Shown: in pieces, positions 17,384 through 23,915 of the stretch | Numbering within the stretch: position 1 is the stretch's first letter | How the letters are laid out: the number at the start of each line of letters is the position of its first letter | From: a candidate division WOR-3 bacterium | GTDB lineage: Bacteria; Hydrothermota; Tepidihabitantia; Tepidihabitantales; Tepidihabitantaceae | DNA: 35,633 bases | Assembly (NCBI GenBank): GCA_965649205.1 | Contig: CBFGJV010000022.1 | Location: 1 to 35,633 of the forward strand | Direction of reading: 5' to 3' | Made by a program: the position numbers and the translations under genes | The notes under the pieces: generated by a model | The model's database searches: none | What the model was told of the DNA's origin: nothing | What the model saw: the letters and a program-made list of their open reading frames with translations, nothing else

Positions 17384-17418
17384 TTGACAAGGTGTATTTT
17401 TTCGCTCCATAATACACC
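17384..17418 (+). promoter_or_regulatory. Putative sigma70 promoter overlapped by an inverted-repeat operator
   Basis: TTGACA (17384-17389), 18 nt, CATAAT (17408-17413); inverted repeat GGTGTATT (17391-17398) / AATACACC (17411-17418). Confidence 0.55.
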
Positions 17419-17495
17419 GAAGAGAGAAGCCTATGGAAAGGCCGGTAAGGGCCGGTTCAGCTGTCCTTTTCGGGCAAAAGAGGAGGGGGCAGTCT

Positions 17496-18848
17496 GTGCA
17501 TGCAAGAATCGGACTGGCGCTTCTGGTAGTGATGGCAGCAGGCAGTGCCCAGCCTATGGCCGGAACATATACTATTGACAATTCTGGAGGGGGAGATTTC
17601 GGAAGTTTCTCTCACGCTCTTGCCGTGCTTCTGGCGCGCGGAATGAACGGCGCAGTGGTGTTTGAAGCCTTGCAGGGAATTTACAACGATGGTCTTCTGG
17701 ATTTGCGCGGGCTGAGCACGAACGGAAAGACTTTGACTTTTCGCTCCCGGCCCGGTCACAGTGTAATCATTGACGGCAGCGGCTCGGCGGCCATTTTTCT
17801 GGCAGACGGCAATGAGGGCGCTACGCACAATGTGAAGATAGAAGGTCTCACACTCACCAATTCCTCACCCGGCGGCTGGCCCGTCTATGCCGTGAATAGG
17901 CTAAACGGTTGGAGAGTTTCCAACTGTACGTTTCTGACTTCTACCGGTCCCTGGTTCAACGGCTCCTATGATTCTGTTGTGGACTGTCACATCCGGCTGA
18001 GCGGTAATACCGGGATATACCTGTACAGCAGTTCCAATTGCTGGATAGTAAACAATTTTGTTTCCGGTGCGCGGATGATGTGCGTCTACTTCAATACCGC
18101 GTCGGGCAACACCATCGCCAACAACACTTTCATTACCGATTCAACCGCTGCCGGCGCTGTGGGTATGTATCAGAATCAGAGCAGCAACACCTTTTACAAC
18201 AACATCGTGGTGTCATCTTCCTACTGCCTGTACACCAGTTCCCAGCCGGTCAATTCTGATTACAACTGCTGGTATCGTCATTCCGGGGACTCCCGCCTGT
18301 TTTACCTCAGCAATGTGGGGGCAATGGGACTTTTGAGCTGGCGCAGCCGGTCGGGAAACAGAATAGATATGAACAGTATGGAAGCAGACCCGCTGGTTGT
18401 GGACAGGATTTCTGACCTGCATCTGCAGGCCGAATCGCCCTGCATTGATGCGGGCAGCGCCATCAGCGGTATTGCTCGAGATATAGATGGACAGATGCGG
18501 CCCCACGGAGCCGCCTGCGACATTGGCGCAGACGAGTACTATCCCGTGGGACTGGCAGGCGAGGCGGGATGTCGGTTGTCAGACAGCAGATTGCGCATCG
18601 CGCCCAACCCGGCGCGGTACAGAGCAACTGTCTGGTTTTCGTCGGATTTCTCCGCTGGCGGATTTGCTCCGGCGGCTGTTGGTCTTTACGATGCCTGCGG
18701 TCGCTGCGTGCGTGTTTTTTCCGCCTGCCTTGCGGACGAGGCAGGGTATAAGGTTGACCTGGATTTGAGAGGACTGGCGGCTGGCACTTATTTTGTGCAG
18801 GCTACCGTCGGTCGTTGCCGGATCGGGGACAAACTGCTGGTGAGGTAG
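17496..18848 (+). CDS. Secreted right-handed parallel beta-helix protein with T9SS-type C-terminal domain
   Basis: SD AGGAGG then GTG 17496; signal peptide; GTYTID..GGGDF; Asn-rich beta-helix repeats (IVNNF, IANNTF, FYNNI, SDYNC); DLHL...SPCIDAG...DIGADE motif; IAPNP...GTYFV tail. Confidence 0.8.
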   Translation: MHARIGLALLVVMAAGSAQPMAGTYTIDNSGGGDFGSFSHALAVLLARGMNGAVVFEALQGIYNDGLLDLRGLSTNGKTLTFRSRPGHSVIIDGSGSAAIFLADGNEGATHNVKIEGLTLTNSSPGGWPVYAVNRLNGWRVSNCTFLTSTGPWFNGSYDSVVDCHIRLSGNTGIYLYSSSNCWIVNNFVSGARMMCVYFNTASGNTIANNTFITDSTAAGAVGMYQNQSSNTFYNNIVVSSSYCLYTSSQPVNSDYNCWYRHSGDSRLFYLSNVGAMGLLSWRSRSGNRIDMNSMEADPLVVDRISDLHLQAESPCIDAGSAISGIARDIDGQMRPHGAACDIGADEYYPVGLAGEAGCRLSDSRLRIAPNPARYRATVWFSSDFSAGGFAPAAVGLYDACGRCVRVFSACLADEAGYKVDLDLRGLAAGTYFVQATVGRCRIGDKLLVR

Positions 18849-18851
18849 AAT

Positions 18852-20060
18852 ATGACAGTTTTCTGGCTGTTATGTCTGTTTACGGTAGTGCCGCGCTTTC
18901 AGGGACCTTTTCCGGTGCTCTGCGCCGGCACGCCCATTGATGTGGGCACCCACAGCATTCCCGATGTGGCGGACTGGGACGGTGACGGCAGAAAAGACCT
19001 GATAGTGGGACAGTTTGATTCCGGATTCGTCAGATGCTATCTGAACACCGGCTCAGACTCCAGCCCGGTATTCGAGAGTTTTTTCTTCATCACCGACATA
19101 TCGGGTACCCGTATCAAACTGCCGTTTGGTTGATGTATCGGTTCTGTTCCACAGGTTGTGGACTGGAATTCAGACGGCATAAGAGACCTTCTGTGTGGCG
19201 ACCGGGGCGGGTATTTGAATGTGTTTATCCAGACCGACTCCGGACTTGTGTCTTATCTGCGCCTGCGCAAGCAGAATGGGGATACGATTGATGTGGGCAC
19301 TAATTCCTGCCCCACCGTGATAGATTGGAACTCCGACGGCCGCAAGGATGTGGTGATTTCCCGCGAGAACGCCATTACGTTATTGTTTCTGAATATCGGC
19401 TCGGATACCTGGCCGGTGTTTCAGGATTCCATTATTGTGAGCGTGGGCGGCAGCTGGCTGGTTTTCAGCCGGGGACAGCCGCGCGCCTATGATTTGGATC
19501 AGGATGGCCGCCAAGACCTTATCTACGGCGAAATGTCCGGCTACATTCACTTCCTGCGCAATCTGGGACCGGACTCCTTTGCCACTCTGGCCAGACCAGA
19601 GACTCTGCGCACTGTGACAGGTAGCAGAATAATGCCGCCCGGCTCGCCAGCGCGGGAATCCAAGGTAGGCGTCTGCGACTGGAATAACGACGGCACGCCC
19701 GACCTTTTGGTGGGCGGCTATTCCGGTCTTATTGACCTTTATCTGGGTGTGCCGCAAGTGGGTCTGGCTGAAGACGCCGGATACAGGTTTTCCGAGGTAA
19801 GTTTCCGCATCCGGCCTAATCCGGCGCGGGACAAAGCCCAAGTCTGGTTTTCTCCTTTTGCCAGAGAAAACGGCTGTTGTCTGCGTCTGTATAACTCTGC
19901 AGGCCGCTGCGTGCGGTCGGTTTCGTTCAGCTCGGCATCCGCCGGGCCTGAAAACAGTTCAGTTCTGCTCGATTTGCGCGGTCTGCCCGCAGGCGTGTAT
20001 CTGGCATATCTAAAAAAGCCAGGCCGGAAGTCTGCGCAGAAGTTGGTGGTAGAAGAATAA
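18852..20060 (+). CDS. FG-GAP/VCBS-repeat secreted protein with in-frame TGA at codon 94 (putative selenocysteine) and T9SS-type tail
   Basis: Track ORFs 18852-19133 and 19158-20060 are in the same frame, separated only by TGA (19131-19133) and CIGSVPQV. DWDGDGRKDL / DWNSDG repeats continue across the junction. IRPNP...GVYLAYL tail. 402 aa if read through. Confidence 0.75.
19140..19170 (+). promoter_or_regulatory. Putative bacterial SECIS hairpin
   Basis: TCCACA (19148-19153) pairs with TGTGGA (19157-19162) around a GGT loop that begins 20 nt after the UGA. Bulged U at 19147. Lower stem GGTTCTG / C(T)GGAATT. Confidence 0.6.
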
Positions 20061-20062
20061 AT

Positions 20063-20095
20063 CCGCGCTTCCGCTTGAAGGAGTGCGCGGCTTTT
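20063..20095 (+). terminator. Putative intrinsic terminator
   Basis: CCGCGC-TTCC...GGAG-T-GCGCGG hairpin followed by CTTTT, just after the FG-GAP stop. Confidence 0.5.
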
Positions 20096-20099
20096 GCTC

Positions 20100-20128
20100 T
20101 TGACCACAGAAGCGCAGAGGGCCATAAT
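20100..20128 (+). promoter_or_regulatory. Putative sigma70 promoter giving a leaderless transcript
   Basis: TTGACC, 17 nt, CATAAT, 6 nt, in-frame GTG at 20135; no SD. Confidence 0.55.
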
Positions 20129-20134
20129 CACAAT

Positions 20135-22180
20135 GTGAAAGCACCGGGCCGGCGCGTGGACTGGCGGCAGTGGCTGGTATTCGCAGGGGTAGCCCTGCTC
20201 AGTGTTCTGCTCTATCTGCCCACGCGGAAATACGATTTTGTCTGGGACGACGGGCCGCAGATAAGAGACAATGAACACCTGGCGCGGCTGAGTCCGGTCC
20301 GCGTGCTTTTTTCCGGGTATGTTCTTGACCCCAAGATAGCGCTGCAGACCGGTACTTTCACCTACTACCGGCCTTTGCCCATTCTCAGCTTTCAACTGGA
20401 AAAGAAGCTGTACGGCAACAACCCAGTCGGGTACCATTTCCACAACGTTCTTTTGCACACAGTAGCGGTGCTGCTGGTATGTGCGGTGCTTTTTACCCTT
20501 TTCCGGTCAATCTGGTGGGCGGGTGCCGGCGGACTTCTCTTTGCTCTGCATCCGGCTTTGCACAGCGTGGTGACATTTGTGTCCAACCGTACCTATCTTT
20601 TGGCCGGTGTATTCCTGCTGCTGGCACTCTTGGCGCTTTTGCGGGGACAGAAAAGAAGGCAGACAACTCGCAGAAAACCGTCCGGCTGGTGGCCGTTGCT
20701 CTATGGTTTGGCGTTCTTTCTGGCTCTTCTGTCCTTGGAGTCCTGTCTGCTTTTCGTGCTGGCGGCACTGGCTTGGCTGCTGCTCACGCAGAAGAGCTAT
20801 GTCAGGCCGCCGGTCTGGTTTCTGGCGTCTGGGCTACCGCCGCTTGCTTATCTGGTCCTGCGTCTTTTGGTGGCGCGGGTTCCTTTTGCCGAAACTGTGA
20901 TAGGTGCGGGACTTGCCCAACCTCTGACCATATTCAACAACTTCGGTCAGCAGACATTGTCCTTTCTGGTGCCGGTAGGGTTGAAACTGGTTCATACAGA
21001 CAAAAGCATAGGCGGCCGTTTTTCCGGTTACACCCTGGTGGCTGGCTTTTTTCTGCTTCTGCCTCTGGTCTGGTATTTTGTTTATGCCCGACATCGATCG
21101 CAGGCTAGAGCTGAGACCAATAAGCTGCTTTTAGGCTTTGCCCTTGCCGTCTTCCTGCATCTGCCTTTTGCCCATATGCTGGAAAAAGGGCCTGCGGGTC
21201 GCATGCTGTATCTGGCCGGCCCGGGTATTATCATCGTTCTCTTGGTGCTGGCTAGACAGCTCAGCGTCAGGGTGCCACGCGCAGGGCCGGTTCTGGCTCT
21301 GGCGACGCCAGCTGTGGCTTTTGTGTTCTCTATTGTGACCAGACAGCAGATCGCTGCCTGGAACACAGACTTGAGCCTGTTCCGCACGATGCTTGTCCAG
21401 CAGCCTGACTACCTGCCCGCCAGTCAGAATCTCGCGTTGGCGCATATGCAGAAAGGGAACAAAGATTCGGCCTTGGTATATCTGGAACGGACCCTAGCTT
21501 TGGATTCCACCTATGCCAAAACCTATGAAGTAAGGGGTCTTCTATATGCGGCAGATGGAGACTATCAACGTGCGGTAGAAGATTTCACCCGGGCTATCAT
21601 CTACGACTCCACCTTTGTGACTGCCTACTACAATTGCGGCCTGGCTTATCTGCGGATGAACCAGCTGGAGCCGGCGCGAAAGAACTACGACCGCGCTATG
21701 CAACTGGCGCCAGATTGGGCAGATGTGTATCTGGGCCGCGGCACGGTAAGTTTACGTCAGGGGGAGACAGAAGAGGCAATAAGGTTCTATACACAGGCGC
21801 TGAAGCTCAAGCCGGAGTTTGCGGATGTCTGGGCCAATCGCGGCTGTGCGTACCTACTGCTGGGTAACCATAAGCAGGCTCTCGCCGACTGTAACGAAGC
21901 TTTGCGCCTGCAACCCGGGTCTGTGACTTTGCTGGTCAATCGGGCGATGGCGTATATGGGGGTAGGAGAATACGCACTGGCGCTGGCTGATTACGAAGAT
22001 GCATTACGCCGGGAGTCAGGGCTGGCGCAGGCACACTATGGCCGGGCCCGCTGTCTTGACCTCCTGAACCGAAGGGAAGAAGCCATAACCGCCTACGAGA
22101 AATTTCTCAGTCTGGGGACAGCTTCAGGTGCGCAGGCTGACACTGGCCGGCAAAGAATCAGAATTCTCCGCAGCAGGTAG
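20135..22180 (+). CDS. TMTC-like GT-C membrane protein with C-terminal TPR repeats
   Basis: FVWDD, YYRPL, GYHFHNVLLH and LLFALHP motifs in a multi-TM N-half; multiple TPRs (AYYNCG, VWANRG, AHYGRA). Start moved to GTG 20135 on promoter geometry. Confidence 0.8.
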   Translation: MKAPGRRVDWRQWLVFAGVALLSVLLYLPTRKYDFVWDDGPQIRDNEHLARLSPVRVLFSGYVLDPKIALQTGTFTYYRPLPILSFQLEKKLYGNNPVGYHFHNVLLHTVAVLLVCAVLFTLFRSIWWAGAGGLLFALHPALHSVVTFVSNRTYLLAGVFLLLALLALLRGQKRRQTTRRKPSGWWPLLYGLAFFLALLSLESCLLFVLAALAWLLLTQKSYVRPPVWFLASGLPPLAYLVLRLLVARVPFAETVIGAGLAQPLTIFNNFGQQTLSFLVPVGLKLVHTDKSIGGRFSGYTLVAGFFLLLPLVWYFVYARHRSQARAETNKLLLGFALAVFLHLPFAHMLEKGPAGRMLYLAGPGIIIVLLVLARQLSVRVPRAGPVLALATPAVAFVFSIVTRQQIAAWNTDLSLFRTMLVQQPDYLPASQNLALAHMQKGNKDSALVYLERTLALDSTYAKTYEVRGLLYAADGDYQRAVEDFTRAIIYDSTFVTAYYNCGLAYLRMNQLEPARKNYDRAMQLAPDWADVYLGRGTVSLRQGETEEAIRFYTQALKLKPEFADVWANRGCAYLLLGNHKQALADCNEALRLQPGSVTLLVNRAMAYMGVGEYALALADYEDALRRESGLAQAHYGRARCLDLLNRREEAITAYEKFLSLGTASGAQADTGRQRIRILRSR

Positions 22181-22254
22181 AGGACTAGCATATCTGCCTA
22201 AAAATGACAGCCAGTTCTAGTAAGCAGTCAGTATGCCTACTCTGCTTATGACCG

Positions 22255-22542
22255 GCATTCAAGGCAGTAGGCATACATTAAGGTTGAGCGCAGGGCATAA
22301 TTCCCCGCATAATGTACAGCGGACTATCCTTCCTTTATCTGTACCAGTCCTGGGTCTGGGTAGGGGACAGCTGGAGTGCTAGCCCTGGGGCTAGCCCCAA
22401 GGCTTGTGGTGCAATCTGTATAAGATGTGGCATGACATACCTTTCTGTAGCTGGTAGCTGTGTCCATCTATACCGTTGATTTACTGGTTGTTCGCTTTTC
22501 TGGGGGGCGTGCGTAATGCTGTTTATGTAGCATAGCTGGGCC
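22255..22542. repeat. Highly degenerate 12-bp-phased tract (~24 units)
   Basis: Every position 22260+12n (n=0-23) is a pyrimidine. The base 2 nt later is G in 11 of 13 core units (22351-22506) and is never C. Visible near-repeats: AGTGCTAGCCCT/GGGGCTAGCCCC, and GCATAAT at 22295 and 22307. Confidence 0.65.
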
Positions 22543-22544
22543 AC

Positions 22545-22573
22545 TTGACGGGATAGTGGGATGTGGGTAAACT
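22545..22573 (+). promoter_or_regulatory. Putative sigma70 promoter of the 22676 gene
   Basis: TTGACG, 17 nt, TAAACT. Confidence 0.6.
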
Positions 22574-22584
22574 TGTATTGCAGG

Positions 22585-22645
22585 TGCCTGTTGCCGTGAT
22601 GGCGGGCGCTGATTCGGGTCGGTTTCGCATCATCGGCACAGGACA
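22585..22645 (+). promoter_or_regulatory. Long imperfect hairpin in the predicted 5' UTR
   Basis: CCTGT(T)GCCG-TGATG(G)CG... pairs with ...CGCATCA(T)CGGCACAGG; lies between the promoter and SD GGAGG. Confidence 0.5.
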
Positions 22646-22675
22646 GGGTTGAATAAGGGCCGAAGGGAGGTAATT

Positions 22676-23044
22676 ATGCCGGTGAAGCCCAGTCCGGAAC
22701 GAATATACAACTATGACCTGAAGTATGATACAGAGGTCATAAAGAAGCTGACGGATAAGAGACGGGAGAGGATGTTGGCCAAGCAGACAGAGGCGCAGGT
22801 GGCTCTGGCTGAACTGGAGGACAGGGCCAAGGTGATTCTGGGAGCCCACGGCGCGCCTACCTATGCTTACCCCGCTTATTTGAATTTCTGTCGCGAGCTG
22901 TGGAAGAAGTCGCGCAAGTTTCACGATCAGACTCTGGCCAAGGAAGCCATAGTGATTCAGGAAAAATGGGTGGCGCGGGAGTTGAAGAAGGAAATACTGG
23001 TGGCGTTGCGTAGGGACCTTTTTGGTATTCAGGACCCGGTTTAG
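22676..23044 (+). CDS. 122-aa alpha-helical basic protein resembling rudivirus (SIRV2-fold) major capsid proteins
   Basis: SD GGAGG, ATG 22676. Patterns RIYNYDLKY, ILGAHGA, AYLNF, TLAKE...KW and EILVAL match my recollection of the SIRV coat protein (RYAKWQAKF, VLTQYGI, IYQGF, ALVNM...YY, QVLDAV) in order and spacing. The CDS is secure; the homology is inferred. Confidence 0.6.
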   Translation: MPVKPSPERIYNYDLKYDTEVIKKLTDKRRERMLAKQTEAQVALAELEDRAKVILGAHGAPTYAYPAYLNFCRELWKKSRKFHDQTLAKEAIVIQEKWVARELKKEILVALRRDLFGIQDPV

Positions 23045-23091
23045 GTCGGAAGCAGCTCGCAGTTGGCACAAGTCAGCGGAGGGTTCTGGCG

Positions 23092-23120
23092 TTGACAGGC
23101 GCAGGTTTCTTCTCTAGAAT
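23092..23120 (+). promoter_or_regulatory. Putative sigma70 promoter of pdxJ, near-leaderless
   Basis: TTGACA, 17 nt, TAGAAT, 9 nt, GTG at 23130; no SD. Confidence 0.65.
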
Positions 23121-23129
23121 GCGCAGCCC

Positions 23130-23858
23130 GTGAAAACACTTTCGGTAAATATTGACCACATAGCGACTTTGCGCCAAGCCCGGGGCGAGAAGTTTCCCGA
23201 CCCGGTGCAGGCCGCTGCTCTGGTGGAGCTGGGAGGAGCGGACGGCATTACCGTGCATCTGCGTCAGGACCGCAGACACATAAACGAGCGGGATGTATTG
23301 CTGCTGCGGGAAACGGTGCAGACTGAACTCACGGTGGAGATGGCGGCGACCGAGGAGATGATTCGCTTTGCCTGTAAGGTGAAGCCGGATCAGGTGACAT
23401 TGGTGCCGGAGTTGACCACCGAGCGCACCACCACCCGGGGGCTGAATCTGCTCCAGGAGCGTCGGGGGCTGAAAGCCAGAATCGGTCGGCTGCAGGATGC
23501 GGGTGTGCGGGTGAGCCTTTTTATTGAGCCTGACCCCAGACAGGTGGAAGTGGCAGTGGAGCTGGGCGCAGAGGGGGTGGAGCTTTGTACCGACAGGTAT
23601 TGTCGCAGTTTCCGCACCCGACCGGAGTTCTTAGAAGAGCTGGCGGCCGCGGGGCAGGCCGCCCGTGAGGCCGGTCTCGTGGTGCATGCCGGACATGGGC
23701 TTGATTATCTGAATATAGTGCCGATTCTCCGGCGGGGACTGGCAGACGGTTTCAGCATAGGTTTTGCCATCGTGGCCCGGGCGGTGTTTGTGGGTTTGAG
23801 AGCGGCGGTGGCGGAAATGAAACGGGTGATTGAGGTGAATTATGGGGAAAGAAAATAG
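23130..23858 (+). CDS. pdxJ: Pyridoxine 5'-phosphate synthase
   Basis: LSVNIDHIATLRQAR, PDPV, GADGITVHLRQDRRHI, VTLVPE, VSLFIEPD, HAGHGL. Confidence 0.96.
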   Translation: MKTLSVNIDHIATLRQARGEKFPDPVQAAALVELGGADGITVHLRQDRRHINERDVLLLRETVQTELTVEMAATEEMIRFACKVKPDQVTLVPELTTERTTTRGLNLLQERRGLKARIGRLQDAGVRVSLFIEPDPRQVEVAVELGAEGVELCTDRYCRSFRTRPEFLEELAAAGQAAREAGLVVHAGHGLDYLNIVPILRRGLADGFSIGFAIVARAVFVGLRAAVAEMKRVIEVNYGERK

Positions 23859-23915
23859 CGGTGTGGCCCCGGGAGCCGGTCCCGCGGCCTTGGTTTCACA
23901 GGCAGGAGGCTGGAT

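Noticed and set aside
19131..19133. TGA reassigned genome-wide to Trp or Gly
   Set aside because: Conserved genes in the window end at TGA at the expected length, and TGATG/ATGA coupling overlaps occur.
22335..22544. 69-aa minus-strand ORF in the phased tract
   Set aside because: No SD or family motif. Its every-fourth-residue Q/L/P pattern simply reflects the 12-bp DNA phasing, which extends beyond the ORF's stop. Not fully excluded.
22181..23090. Prophage or IS element around the capsid-like gene
   Set aside because: No integrase, transposase, terminal repeats, target-site duplication or other viral genes seen.
23865..23896. Hairpin between pdxJ and secD as a terminator
   Set aside because: A GC stem is present but the U-tract (TTGGTTT) is poor, and no separate secD promoter is evident; left uncalled.
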